NCBI RefSeq assembly: GCF_009914755.1
Contig: NC_060941.1
Direction: 5' to 3' (one strand)
Origin: the human T2T-CHM13v2.0 reference genome, Homo sapiens
Length of the DNA: 64,000 nt
In this document: positions 45,078 to 60,925 of the stretch, piece after piece
How the letters are laid out: each line of letters starts with the position of its first letter
Numbering within the stretch: position 1 is the first letter of the stretch
The notes under the pieces: generated by a model
Told to the model about the DNA's origin: nothing
What the model saw: the letters and a program-made list of their open reading frames with translations, nothing else
Database searches by the model: none
Translations under genes and position numbers: made by a program

Positions 45078-45914
45078 TGTTCTGCTCTCCCTGATGTGTG
45101 TCATATACAGACTCTCTTGGATTCCTTACCAATTGCTTGAGAGATCACAGTGGGTTTGTGGGGAAAAAGTTTTCAAGATAATGGATCTTTCCCAACTTCT
45201 GCAGCTGTCAGCGGTCTCCGAATCTCACCAGCCCCACTTTGTCTTTAGGAATTTATTGATTATTCCAGCTTTACTTGTCACAGTGGTGTCTATTTGCATC
45301 TGTCCTATGTAAGTGCATCTGTCCTCTTTCTCCTTGCAGGTGCTTGTTTTCCCTCACATTTTGACTCAGTTCTTGGCAACCTCGTTGCTATAAAAATAAA
45401 GTCATGACTTTGAAGTTTGTTTGGTTCTTTCATTGTTGTCAGGTTAGGAACCCTATTCCATCCCAGATTTCCAAAACCCAGACTTTTTGGGGGGTTGAAA
45501 TTTTAGGCTTATTCTTTGAACTGTAGTTTTATCTTCTTTCAGCTACCATATGCATTTTCATATTGATTAATGAGACTAAGCTTTTTTTGTGTAGTTGACT
45601 GTATCTTTGGATTTTTTTCCCAAATACCTTTTTATTTCTTCTTTTCTTTATGGTTTTAGAAAATGTCTTTTACATAATTGCAGCTTGATTTTTTACTCAG
45701 TTAATGGCATGCTTAAAGGAGAGAAAAAATATTAAATATCTTTCCCTTTTTAATTACTGTGCTTTTTTCTTTTTTAAGGAAATATTTCATTATGTTAAAT
45801 TTCAGTGTTATTCTACTTAGCTATTCCTTAAATATTATAGTATTTTGGATTTCACATGTAAATTTGTAACATAGCTTGAGTTTATTATGTATAGAGTAAG
45901 GCTATTTTCTCTTT

Positions 45915-46360
45915 TTTGTTTTTTAAGGTAAAAATCACATAATATAAAATTAATAACAACCATTTTAAAGCATACAGTGCACTTGCTTTTAGTATATTGA
46001 CAATGTTCCAGGGCAATTTCATCATGTCCTTTCCAAAAACCAATTATGCATAAAGTTGTTACACCCTATTCTGCTTCCCTGGGCCCTAGTGACCACTATT
46101 CTGATTTATATCCCAATTGATTTACCAATTCCTGATGTTTCATGTGAATAAAATCAAGTAATATTTGTCCTGTTGTGCACTTAACATAATGCTTTCAAAT
46201 TTCACCAATATTATAACATATATAAGTACTTCATTCTTTGTTATAGCTGAAAATTGGCTGTCCATTTATGAGTCAACAAGCATATGGATTGTTTCTACTT
46301 TTTGACTGTATGAATATTACTGCTGTAAATATTCATGCACATGTTTATTTTTTGAGCACC
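45915..46360 (-). mobile_element. Ancient L1 (L1MB/L1ME) 3' end
   Basis: CCATTTTAAAGCATACAGT...CACTTAACATAATGCTTTCAAATTTCACC...GCTGTAAATATTCATGCACATG. Confidence 0.65.
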
Positions 46361-46374
46361 TATGTTTTGTAAGA

Positions 46375-47829
<1,455 letters not shown>

Positions 47830-47830
<1 letters not shown>

Positions 47831-48254
47831 TATGAGCTAAATGGTTTCCTCTATATAGATGCTGAAATTCTAACCACTGAATATGACCTCATTAGGAAAT
47901 AGGTTCTTTGCAGCTGATCAAGTTAAGATACAGTCAGATGAGCCTGAATTCAATATGACTGATGTCCTTATTAAAAGGAGAAATTTGAGTAGAGGGAGAC
48001 ATACACACAGGGAGAGTACCATGTGATTATGAGGGCAGAGATTAGCCAAGGAATGCCAAAGACTGCCACTAAACCACCAGAAGTGAGAAACAAGGCACAG
48101 AACAGGCTTTCTCTCATAGCCCTTGAAGGGACCATCCCTGCTGACACCTGAATCTCAGACTTTTAGCTTCCAGGACTATAAGACTATACATGTATGTTGT
48201 TCAAGGCACCCAGTTTGTGTTACTTGGTTATGGCAGCCCAAGAAAACTAATACA
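47830..48254 (+). mobile_element. MLT1C-like MaLR LTR
   Basis: GGAAATAGG.TCTTTGCAG...AGCCAAGGAATGCCAAAGA.TGCCA...CCCTGCTGACACCT...TTATGGCAGCCC.AGAAAACTAATACA. Confidence 0.82.
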
Positions 48255-48299
48255 TGAACTAATAACAAAGCATAATAACATGAAGCAAAAAATTGACAA

Positions 48300-49830
48300 A
48301 AGAGGAGCATCAGCAAAATGGCAGTGGAGAGAGCTGCAATCTTTCATTTCCCCACAGAAACATCACACAACTAAGAGAAACTGTCCGAATAAACTTTGCC
48401 AAAACTCTGGAAAATGGTCAAAAGATTACAACAACCAAGTGAAAGCAGACTCAAGAAAAAGACAACTGGAAAACTTTACGACATTTTTAACTTGCCTTTG
48501 CCCCAGCAAATTGGCAGTTTTGAAGTGTCAGAAGCCCACGTTCCCAGTGAGGAAGCCTGGTCCATGGTCCAAAGGAACAAGAGAAGATCTTACCCGCAAA
48601 TTATTATGTGTCTGTTCTGACTGGTCTGGGGGATACCTGAAGGACTCATGAAAGGCTTTTTTTTTTCCTGTGTTGCTAGAATACAGAACAGATAAGGAAT
48701 GGGCATTATTAAGAAACTCTGCAAGGAGACCTAACAAACCACAGATGATTAGGGCAAAAATTAGAGTTTACACATATAGTAGATCACCTTCAGCACAGCA
48801 AGAAAAGTTGGAGAAGAGTATTTCAAAAACTAAGACATACAAAATCATTCACGTACATGGGAGAGTCTAGAAAGTCACATGTATTCATAGGTTAAGCCAC
48901 AGGCTGACAAATGTCATAAGAAGACCCTACACTTTTACCTTGGCCGATCCCTCCCCTCAGTGCAAGCTCCGTGCAAGAGTGAACTTGAACTTCACTCAGT
49001 GCAAGAGTGAACACACACTTTGTGCCGGCTTTAAAGAACCCAGCACAAAGCCAGTCTGCATGGCCTAGAGACATATTTTGCTGGACAATGATTACTTGTT
49101 TTTCTTGTATTTGCCTGTTTGATTGGTTCCTGACATACAAGAAAATCACTGTCAAAACATTAGCTTAACATTTGTTAAGGAAACAAAAAGACTTCGGTGA
49201 CCACACTTTACAAAGCAAACAGTTTTGTAAATCACTTTGGAAAATTTCACTAAAAAAAAAAAAATCCTTAACAATATAATAAGTAAAGAAAATTTAAAAC
49301 CACAAAACATTACTGTTTTTGTAGTGGGGGGGTCTGATTTACAGAGTAACCACATAGTAATTATAATTATTAGAATGTCCAGTTTTCAAAAAACGTTACA
49401 AGGCATACAAAGAATGGGAAAGTGTGGCTCATTCAAAGGAACAAAATAAATTGACAGAAAATATCCCTAAGGAAACCCAGACATCAAACTTACTAGACAA
49501 AGACTTTAAAACAACTCTTTTCATTATACTCAAATGTCAAAAGGAAAACATAAACAAAGAAATAAAGGAATCAGAAAAAATATTAAAAAGTAGGAATATC
49601 AGCAAAGAGATAACAGAAATTCTAGAGTGGAAAACTACGATGATAAAAATTCAAAAATCACCAGAGGGATTTAAGAGTATATTTGCACACACAGAAGAAG
49701 CCATGAACTTGAAGAGAAGAAAATGGAAAATATTGACTCTGAGAAACAGAAAGAATAAAAAATAAACAATGAGCAGAGACTAATGAATCTGTGGGACATC
49801 ATCAAATAGACCAACATTCATATTCTAGAA
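48300..49830 (+). mobile_element. Ancient L1M 5' region and ORF1 N-terminal remnant
   Basis: Starts near CAGCAAAATGGCAG; ORF 49424-49765 (NLLDKDFKTTLFIILK...EITEILEWKTTMIKIQKSPEGFKS) resembles the L1M ORF1 coiled-coil region. Confidence 0.7.
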
Positions 49831-49859
49831 GGACAAATTATGTTGTTAAAAAGTTTACC

Positions 49860-50002
49860 ATTCTTTCTTTTCACCTTTCTTCCTTCCTCCTTCCCCCTCC
49901 TCCTTTTTACTTTTCTTCCTCTTCCTTTCTCTTCTTCTTTCTCCCCTTCATTATCCCTTTCGCTGTTTCTCTTTCTCCCTTTCTCTTTTTTCTTTTCTTT
50001 CA
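49860..50002 (+). repeat. Polypyrimidine (CT-rich) low-complexity tract
   Basis: About 140 bp almost entirely C/T. Confidence 0.85.
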
Positions 50003-50744
50003 ATTTTCTCAATTACTAAGAGATGTTTAAGTACCCTTACCATGTTAGTAGATACGGTTATTTCTCCCTTTAGTTCTCTTTTGAGATTTATAGTCACTCT
50101 AAGTTAAGAGATAACCCAAACATAAGCATCACAAACAGGCTTTCATACCATTCTTAATTTGGTCCTGTAATTCTTCATTGCTGTATTAACTTTCTGATGC
50201 TTTTAAGGATGTTTTATAACAAATTGTTTAGTTTTTTTCCAATGGAATGTTTATTCTGAATTATCTAATTCATATTGTAAGTATATAGGGAGTTTAATAT
50301 AAAATTATTAAACTAATATTTGTGAAAGAATGTATTTGTGCATTTAACAAATATGTTAATCCTCAGACTGTTATTGGGCAGCTGAGCAAACAGGAATAAA
50401 AATAACACAATTTTTATGTGTACAATATTTGTGGAATACGTTACTGAACCAAATAAATAATTTAGTTAATAACATGACAAGGAACAGAAATTGTATACAC
50501 TATAGAGCATAGTAATGGAATAATGAATGATTAAAGTTATTAATATTCGGTAGAAAATGAAGGGTATCTTTGAGAGCAGAACTCAAGGAAGAAAGCAATT
50601 CGCCTTATGAGGAAATAGTTACCTGTGGATAAAGGAGAAACTGAAAAATTTACAAGTCAAGACTTTTTGAGCAAAAACAAAAATATGACTATTAGTCACC
50701 AATTCAGTACAATGAAAAAAAATTTGAAGAGACATCTTGGAAGT

Positions 50745-51130
50745 AAACCATGTTGTGGAAGAGCATGTAGGGTTTTGATAATCATGGGATGATTCTTAAT
50801 TAATTTTAAATGCGATAGGAATATATGAGATAATTTCACCAGAGAATAGCATGATTGTGTTTGCATTTCAAAGGGGTGTATCTGGTGCACTGTGTAGAAT
50901 AAATAGGTTATGTGAGCAAATAAATTGGGAGGCTACTGTAATCCAGAGAAAAAAGGTAGTGACTTAGGTGAGAATGCTGTTAGTATGAGTGGTATTAGTG
51001 GTGAGAAGTCGTTAGGCCATGGATGTATTTCATAGGACTGGCCAAGAGAACTGCAGCTAAATTGGAGTGTAGGGAGTGAAATGGAGAACTCAAAGATGAC
51101 TCTCAGCACTGGAAGGTGACAGCTGTCACT
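50745..51130 (-). mobile_element. L2 LINE remnant
   Basis: GCATTTCAAAGG...TCTGGTGCACTGTGTAGAAT...GGGAGGCTACTGTAATCCAG...GTGGTGAGAAGT...TCAAAGATGACTC. Confidence 0.6.
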
Positions 51131-53378
51131 GAAGCATGCTGATGCCTCTTATTAAGAGAGTTACTTGGGAATGGCAAGATCAAAACTTCTCACTTTCAAA
51201 TTTATAAAAAATATTGTTTTCAGAACTAATGACTTTGGGATCAGTAAGCCAACATTCTAATTGATGGTTACACGACTACACGGGCTCACAGTCCCAAGAG
51301 CAAAAGTAAATCATCACAAAGGTGCTTCTTGTTAATTCTAGAGAATGGAGAATTACTGTAACATCTTTCTGATTTTAGGAGAGGTAGCAGTTCCCTTTTT
51401 AGCCTAAACGCTATTTTTTTTAAAGCTCAGCCAAGAGACTCCATTATAATTTTCAAATGTGTGTAACTTAAATTCTCATATGAAATACCACTATGCTTAA
51501 ATTAGTCAAAACATTTTCCCCATCTACAACTCTATCTTGTCATTGCAATCATTTTCACAAAAGTGACTGCAGCTCACAGACCCTAAAAGGAGAAAATCCA
51601 GGGTAGGTTATCTGATCTAGTTAGTTTCGAAGACAGGATCTAGAGATTATTTAATATGAAATAGGTCACCTGAAATGAAGTGTTTACTGAAAACAGCTTG
51701 GATCAGCCCAGTTTTCTACCACTGAACCATGAATTTGGTTTAAAAAACACAACAACTCTGGGGAATATCGGCTGCTTCTAACTGTGTTGAAGGTGTTAAA
51801 GAAAAGAGCATAACATTAAAAATGATCACCTGAGACCTTTATAGTCTCTGCTCAAGAAACTAGAGTCTTCCATTCTTAACGAAACAACCAAATATCTTAA
51901 TAATTGGGCAAAATCTAAATATCAGAGATAATTTTATCTTGAAGATTGTTAAATTATAATGGTGAATCACTACCTTGCCATGTCTCTGAGTCAAAAATTA
52001 GGTCTTTGTTTAGGAATCAATGGTACTCTGCAACTTGGAAATAGGAAGATTTTAGAAGACTCAGACATTGACTTTCTTGTGTGCAAAAAAAAGACGTATT
52101 GAGATAAGACAAGTCTTTCCTTGCAAGGATACCTCTAATGCTCATACACCACCTCCCCTAACATTAATATAGCTTCCAGGTCACTAACCAGTGTCAGAGA
52201 ACAGCCCATGCAACTAGAAATTCAAAAGATGTCGAACATAGGGTCAAGCCTAGAATAAGAAGTCTTAGCTAATTAAGTATGCTTTTTTTCCCGAAATTCA
52301 TATTAACCAAAACTTGGATATGTCAGAGAATGCATTCTAAGTTCACTCAACCTAGGAGGGAGAAAGATAATTTTAAATTAAGAGCTGAAGCATTCTTGTC
52401 CTAACAGAAAGCAAGGAAAACGAAATATCACACCACAGGAGGGATTTCACAAATTAGTGTCAACATCAAAACCTTAAAATAGGCAAGGAGAATGCAGATT
52501 CACAATGAACTCTTGTACTTGTTTTGTTCAGAGAAGAGATGGTTCTGAGAGAATGACAGTGAACTAACCCCAGCTGGTTTAGTTGGTGCTTTCAACTGCT
52601 GCTTCTGATCAACTCCTTTAGCTAGAATAATTTTGGCATGTGGTATTAGAGATGGTTATTAATTTTTTCCTCTTATATGCATTGTTCAATGTAGTAAATA
52701 CTAGCTGTATATGGCTACTTCAATTCAAATTAATTACAATGAAATATACTTAAATATTGAATTTTTTAGTCACTGTTGGTTCATTATTGAATATCTTCAG
52801 CTAAGATTTCCCATCTAAAGACATTAAGAGGTGGCTTAGTTAACTGGTCGTCCACAAATATTGAAGCTGTTGTTAACTCCTGATAGATTCTCTGCAAAGA
52901 GAATATTCATGAGCCTCCTCCTGAAATCAGCAGCCTAGAGATAGTTTTATAAATTGGATACAAGTTGGAAATCTATATACTCTTTAAGTGTTTGAAATAT
53001 TAGCTTCCCAGGGAAGAAAATCAAATTCATAAGATATGTTAGGACAATTTAACTCAAGATGTTCAAAACTGAAATGACATATTCTACAATATGTGATAAA
53101 ACCACCCCCTAACAACTTAAAGCAAAACAGGGATTGACCTTAAAGACCTGCCTTTTCCTCATCCCCCAGCCTATCAGTTTTCAAATCTTGCATTTTATTT
53201 TGAAAGGTCCTTATCCCCCTGGTCTCTTGTTTCTAGACTTGGCACATATTTAAGTTTGTTACCTCTCTCTACTGACTTTTCTCTCTTCAAACAGTATCTA
53301 TGCCTGCCAAATGTGAACATACAAAAAACAAATCAGAATGTGCCATTCTGATTTAAACTGCTTATTAGTTAATACCCT

Positions 53379-53517
53379 CAAGATAACATCTGGGTTCTTA
53401 GCTGCAATGAGTCAAGCTTACTTTCATCTTTTTTTGTCTTTGGCTGCACATTTCCTATCACATCACACTCCAGCAATGCCAAGCTGCGCTGGCCTTCTAC
53501 CCCATCTCCACTATTTT
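53379..53517 (+). repeat. ~140-bp leader preceding GC array 2 (copy 2 of 3)
   Basis: CAAGATAACATCTGGGTTCTTAGCTGCAATGAGTCAAGC...CCACTATTTT; the upstream flank differs from copies 1 and 3 (no Alu). Confidence 0.9.
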
Positions 53518-54727
53518 GCCCTCCGCGGCCGCGGCTTTTTGCCCCCGCCGCCGCGGCTTTTTGCCCCCCCCCCCCCCCACCCCGCTGCCGCGGCTTTTCA
53601 CCCCTCGCCGCCGCGGCATTTCGCCGCCCGCCACCGCGGCTTTTTGCTCCCCCTCCGCCGCCACGGCTTTTTCCCACCCGGCCGCCACGGCTTTTTCCCC
53701 CCAACCCGCCTCGGCTTTTTACCTGCCGCGACTTTTTGCCCCACCGCTGCCGCGGCTTTTTTCCCCCACCCCGCCTCGGCTTTTTGCCCGCCGTGGCTTT
53801 TTGCCCCCCTGCCTTCGCGGCTTTTTGCCCGCCACGGCTTTTTGCCCACCGCCGCCGCGGCTTTTTGCCCCGCCACCGCCGCGGCTTTTTGCCCCCCCGC
53901 TGTCAGGGCTTTTTTCTCCGCCGCGGCTTTTTCCCCCCTGCCCCCGAGGCTTTTTACCCGCCGCAGCTTTTTGCCCCCACCCCGCCTCGGCGTTTTGCCC
54001 CCACCCCGCCTCGGCTTTTTGCCCGCCACGGCTTTTTCCCCACTGCGGCTTTTTAGCCCCCGCTGCTGCGGCTTTTTGTCCCCCGCCGCCCCGACTTTTT
54101 GCCCGCCGCGGCTTTTTATCCCCCGCCGCCATGGCTTTTTGCCCCACCGCAGCAGCGGCTTTTTGCCCCCACCCCGCCTCGGCTTTTTGCCCGCCGCGGC
54201 TTTTTGCACCCCCGCCGCCGCAGCTTTTTGCCCGCTGCGGGTTTTTGCGCCCCGCCGCCCCGGCTTTTTGCTCATCGCCGAAGCGGCTTTTTACCCCCCG
54301 CCGCGGCTTTTTGCCCCCTGCCGCCGCGACTTTTTACCCGGGGCGGCTTTTTGCCCCCCGCCGCCGCGGCTTTTTGCCCCCCCGCTGTCACGGCTTTTTC
54401 TCCGCTGCGGCTTTTTGCGCCCCCGCCGCGTCGTCTTTTTGCTCCCCCGCCGCCGTGGCTTTTTGACGCCGCGGCTTTTTTCCCGCTCCGGCTTTTTGCC
54501 CCCCCGCTGCCACGGCTTTTTGCCCCCCCGCTGCCACGGCTTTTTGCCCCCCCGCCGCCGCGGCTTTTTCCGAGCCGCGGCTTTTTGCCCCTCCGCTGCC
54601 ACGGGTTTATGCCCACCGCGGCGTTTTGCCCCCCATCGCCGCGGCTTTTTGCCCTCCGCCGCCGTGGCTTTTTGCGCGCCTCGGCTTCTTGCCCCACCGC
54701 CGCCGCGGCTTTTTGCCCCCCGCCGCG
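53518..54727 (+). repeat. GC-rich satellite array 2
   Basis: Same unit as array 1, with longer C runs and a recurring CCCCACCCCGCCTCGGC variant. Confidence 0.93.
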
Positions 54728-57700
54728 AATGAAAATGTTCATAAGGTATTTTATTTTTTTATTTTGATAAAATACACATAACATAAAATGTACTCTGTTA
54801 ACCATTTCAAGTACAGTTCAGTGGTACTAAATACAGTCATAACATTGTGCAGCCATCCCTACCATCCATCTCCATAACTCGTTTCATCTTGTGAAACTGA
54901 AACTCTATACCCATTAAACAATACTTCCCAATTTCTTCCTCCCCCCAGCTTCTGGCAACCATCATTGTACTATCTCTGTGATTCTGTCCACTTTAAGTGC
55001 CTTATACAAATGGAATTATACTGTATTTGTCCTTCACTGACTAACTTATTTCACTTGGCATAATATCCTCAAGTTTCATCCAAGTTGCAACATATGTCAG
55101 AATATTTCCCTCATGTTTAAGGGCTGAATAATATTCCATTGTATGTATATATCATATTGTGCTTATCCATTCATCTGTTGTTGGACACTTCACTTGCTTC
55201 TACATTTTAGCTACTGCAAATAATGCTGCTGCAAACATGGATGTGCAAATATTTTTTCAAGGCTCTGCTTTCAATTCTTTTGCTATCCTGAGATGTGGCG
55301 CTGCTGAGTCATATGGCAATATCATTTTGATGTTTTGAGGAACTACCATACTCTTTTCCACAGCAAACATAGGGTTTGGCATTCCCTCCAAAACTGCAAA
55401 AGGAATCGCCACATGCTTGCCTGTGGATTGTATTCCCAAGTCTTGTGGCTCTCTCTACATCCCGGCCACCATGTGTTATTTCCTGTTTATATATATGACA
55501 TCAAAGGTGCAGAAAGTAATGAACTAAATTAGAAGGATAAACATGTAGAAAAATAGAGGTAAATACGGACTACATAAAAGCATAAGAATAAGAATTTTGG
55601 ATGATCTATTATATACCTATTTATCTAACATCTATCTGTTCCTCCATCTGTAATTAAAATATATTACAGTTAGAGGACAGAGGAAAAAGTAGGAATACAT
55701 GAATTTAAATTTTAATTCTTCTTAGATTGTCTCACAGCATCATTATATGAAAGAAAATTTATAGGTCAATATCTGTTAACTATAAATGTAACATTCTTAA
55801 AGTATTCAAATACATTGAATTACAGCATGAATAATATATTACAATCCAGTCAAGTTTATTTTTTTCCAGGAACACAAAAATACAGATTTCATTTGCAATT
55901 CAAAAAAAAACAGAAATCGATACATATGTTTGATATATATACACATTTAATGTATTTTTAAATATACATTTTTAAAAAAATAGAAATTTTTCTAGGACAA
56001 ATAAAATATCACTGAAAATAGTGTTATTAGCTAATAACTTCATGATAACTCTGGTATTACATAAGAAACCAAAATTAAAATTTTAGGTAAACTTAGAAAC
56101 TCAAAATTTTAAAAATATTACTCTGTTCTCCATATGTTCATATTTAATATTATTTCTTGTTTTCATTCTTCTTCAGTGTTGCTCTACCAAAATATAACAT
56201 ACAATACTAACTTTTGATTTCTGTTCTTATTACTCAAAATTGTATACATTTTCTCATGCTCTTCATTTAGTTATGTTACTTTTCTGTATTCTTGGAATTT
56301 TCACATTTGTGTTCACTCTCTTTTGAGTTCCCATAGTATCAAATAAGCTTTTTTCCCTCTTTCTGATTTGAAGGTTCATCTTCTCATAATTATTTTGTCC
56401 ACTCAGTTTCTTTTCATTCTCAGTTAAGTGCCTCTCATCTGGCTTCTTTTCATTCATAAGGTTTCCTTTCATCTTAAGCCAGTCTTTTATTTATATTTTG
56501 ACACTGTTTTGTGGAGGACTTGCTTCCCTGAATTTTATGGAAGAGGCCAAAAGGTTTGTTCAAGTTTTTACCTGATACATTGGATTAAATTATCTAATGT
56601 ACACACTCTTAATTTAAGTCTAGGAGTGACTGTCTACTCTTGATTTTGTATGGTATTATTTTTCTTAACATCCAAGTCCATCTTCATCTATTTGTATGTG
56701 ATCAATAAAAATATATTTGTCCAGAACCCTGCTTTGGCGGAGTTACTTCTTTCTAAATAGTAGAGGTAGCAGTTGAGACATGAGCTGGGTTCTGGGTCAG
56801 TTTAGAGGGCTGGGCGACATTCCTCCTTTTGGTCTGTATGACTGAATGAATGCAGTTCTTGCTGTCTCGCTCCTGTCCTTAACACACTGAGCCATTGCAG
56901 CAGATGAGAAGGAATAATCTTGATCTGCCATTCAGGTGGAACACATGTTCTCTCCAACCACACCCATAGGTTGTACTCACACTCGGCCAGAATGTATCCT
57001 GTCAATGATATGGAGATGTATCTATCTATCTAGATAGATATCTACTTTGGTTTATGCTCTCTGGTTGCCTGTAAATTATCTCCTTAAAGTGAATATCAAA
57101 AGAGAGCTTGGTGATGGCAGTGTAATAAAATCCTCAAAATGCAGCACCCACACCCAGAGGAATTTGTAGATTCTGGCATTCTAATTCAGATACCAAACTA
57201 TATAAAAGGGGAATTGGTCATTGAGGGTTGCTAGGCTCTTTGTTGAGCATATTTGCTCTTTCCATGACTTTGAAATTATTTTAAAAATCTAACCTTTTCC
57301 TCGGTGTGCTGCAAGATGATTTGATTTTAATGCATATGCAGTAATTCTCCCCTAAGATTTCTACAATATATTTGCTCTGACAAGCCATAGCCAGCAACTC
57401 ACTTCACAGCAATTCATAGCATTTCCACGATAAGTTGAATTATTTTTAACTAGACTCTCTTTGCCTTAATAAAAATATGAAGAAGCAATCTACTTGTTCT
57501 AATTAGGTTCAAAAGTTGACAGTCTCTCTCCTGGAAAGAATAAAAAAACTTTTCAACGGCCTAATATGCATCTATAGACACACACACACACACACACACG
57601 CAGGCACTGTTCATAAAACTTAAAGCACATTCTGTTCTATGACTTCATTTGTCTAGCACAAAATAAAACGATCTCAGTATATGTCAAGTACCAATTTTTT

Positions 57701-60700
57701 CGTATGGCCAATTATAGGTATTTTATTTTTTAAAGATTAGAGTGTTCTTGAAGCTCTTTCTATTTCTTTGTCAATGAACTAAACATTGGCAAATATGTAG
57801 GGTTGCCCACATAAGAACATTATTAACATCAAAATAGAAAGCTGGCGGTAGAAATAATGATTGGGAACATAGAGTCTCTTCTCAACGTTCTAGTTCTGTC
57901 ATACCATAACTTTGTGATCTCAGGAAATATCTCTCCATGTTGTCATCTCTATGTATAGTTCTGTCATTTTTCAATAAGAGCTTTTTGCTTAATTGTGAAG
58001 TACTAGTTACTATAACCATTATTTTGAGCTTCATGTAAATCAAGAACACATGGACTACACTTGCAAAACACTGAAAACGTAGTTAGGGATTGGGGGCATA
58101 AAGCAACATTTTAAAATGTGTAAAGACAATGAGTAAGCAACAAAGTGTCCAATTTTTTAGGGGAAAGTTGCATATGTCAGGAGAAGGCAGGATTAAGTAA
58201 CAGAGATTTGAATGATAACTGGCCATTTGGTGTCATTTACAATTGCAAGTCATACAAATGAAGTTTGCTTTTTTAAAGAGAAAAGGAGTTAGTTAGAATG
58301 GGTCAACCTATTGGGGAAGCAATGTAGTTAGAGACAATGCCCAAAACCATGTGAGCAAATGCTCTGTAGAGCACACCTCTGCAATGCTGCCATTGTGAGG
58401 CCAAGTCTCTCCTTGTCTTGGTACTGAGCTCTCCATTCTGCCTCCATCATTGCCACTGTAGCTGCCACAAAATGATCCCTCAACCACCGCTGCCCAGGAA
58501 CAAAGAAAGAATTCTGTCCTTCCGCGCTCTCAGATCAATTTCCAACAGCAGGTGACCCTTTTATGGGCACTATTCAGTTCCCATATCCATGAAATAGATG
58601 CAGTAAAAACATAGAAATTGCCTATGTGTTTCCCAATAAGACACATATGGAAGCCTGTTTTCCCACAACAGGAAGGGGTTTGCACGATGGGTGTTCAAAG
58701 GAACAATAGTCCCTGTAAACCATATGAAGAAAAGCAATAAGGATTATTTAGTAAATAGACAAGGAAACTCATCCAGGGTTGGCTGATGAGAAGCTGGTTA
58801 GCAAGGGGGTCTGCCTTCAGTTAGGACAAGGTCTGTGCTTCCCACGGGTTCTCTCCACAGCAGGAGGGATGCAAACTTCCCTTTCCTCCCCTGCACCTAC
58901 CCTCAAATGGCCCAGAGGTCTTCAGGTGCTAGAATTTCTCAATGCTGCACAAAATAATAGACAGCCTTGACTGTCACAGTCTCTGCTCATTACATAAAAC
59001 AGGAGAGTAAGAACAAGGGTGTTTAACGCTACCCTAGCTCAAACAAGTTTCTCTCTGTAGGATGCCAAGAACCTGGGAACCAGTGCATCTGCTGCTTTCC
59101 CTTCTCGGATTCTAGCCCAGACAAAAGAGGCAAGGGGCATTTCTTCAGAGGCCTTGAGCTTCACTACACAATGACCGAGGCTCTACATGCACCCTCTTTA
59201 TATATTTCTACCTTGAAAAAAATTTTTATATATTAATAACATATATTTTTATGTAATAAACACGTTTATTTTATAGATAGATATAGATATACATAGATAA
59301 AGATCTCTAGTCAGCCTTTTTTAAGGCTGGGCTGATCCCGGTGCCTCAAAACTATAATCCCAGCACTTTGGGAGGCCAAGGTGGCCAGATCTCTTGAGTC
59401 CAGGAGATGGAGATCAGCCAGGGCAACATGGTGAAACCCCATCTTTACAAAAATTAGCTAGCATGGTGTCATGCACTTGCAGTCCCTGCTACTCAGGAGA
59501 CTGAGGTGGAAGAATCGCTTGAGCACAGTATGTGAAGGCTTCAGTGAGGTCTGATCACATGACTGCACTCCATCTTGGGTGACAAAGTGAGACCCTGTCT
59601 CAAAATAAAATAAAATAAAAAGGCTACCACCATACTCACAGATAAGTGTTCAGGTATATTTGCAGCTATCTTTCCTATATTCTATTAGGTAAAAAAAAAA
59701 TTGCAAAGAACTCTTCTCATTCTAGATTTTTGTTTTAATTAGACATTTGAAGTTTATAGCAGAAGAGCTATAATCATGTTTTGTGTGTGTACTCTATAGA
59801 CCAGATAGTGCAAACAGATATCAATGCTTTTTAAAAGTATATAAGGTTATTAGAAATATTTTAAACTACCTATAGGTATATGTGCATGTAATTGAACTAC
59901 CAAATGCAAGTAAGATCATTTCCTTAGCGTGTGAAATCCACTCAATTTATTAAAATATTTTCTAACATCTATTACAATATTTCTTAATTAGCTAAAATAA
60001 GAGGAGTTTTAAGACATTTATTTATATGTACTTACGAGATTCAAACTCGATTCCACTATTTTCAGAAATCATACTCTGATACAAGTCCTTTTTTTATCTA
60101 ACTATGTTTCTGCCTATATTAAAAGAGATATATGTCAATTTTGCTAATCATGCTGTTCCAAACCTCTCCATCCTGATTATTTTTCGGTTTGTTCTACCAG
60201 TCACTCAGAGACTTACTTATATTCAAATTTCTCTCTAGGTTTAACATTTGTCTATGTCTTCTTGTGGTTTTGTCTATTTTTGCTGTATATAATTTATTTT
60301 ATTGACATATATCATACATACAGAAAAGTACAATGATTAAATATGGATAGCTTGATTAATGAAACACATGTATTTGCTTAGAACCATGTATGAAAATAGA
60401 ACATTACTAAAAGTAGTGATATTTTTCCTGCCCCTTTCCAAACACTAACCCTCATCCTCAATAGTAACAGATTTTTTTTATCATACAGTAATTTGGTCTA
60501 TTTTCAAATTTTTATTAAATAAATCAGAGTATCTACTCTATGTTTCTTTCATTGTTGTTATTTTGCTTATAGTATTTATCTGCTAATGGACATGGTAGAT
60601 TAAAGACGGCTACATACACATTTTTTAATTAATAAATTTTTTGAACACTTTGTGGCTCATGCCTCTAATCCCATCACTTTTGGAAGCTCAGCTGCTTGGA

Positions 60701-60925
60701 TCATGAGGTCAGGAGATCGAGACCATCCTGGCCAACGTGGTAAAACCCGTTCTCTACTAAAATACAAAAAATTAGCTGATAGACTAACATCAAGATAACA
60801 TCTGGGTTCTTAGCTGCACTGAGTCAAGCCTACTTACATCTTTGTCTTCCTCTGCACTTTTCCTTCCACATCACACTCCAGGAATGCCAAGCTGTGCTGG
60901 CCTTCTACCCCATTTCCACTATTTT

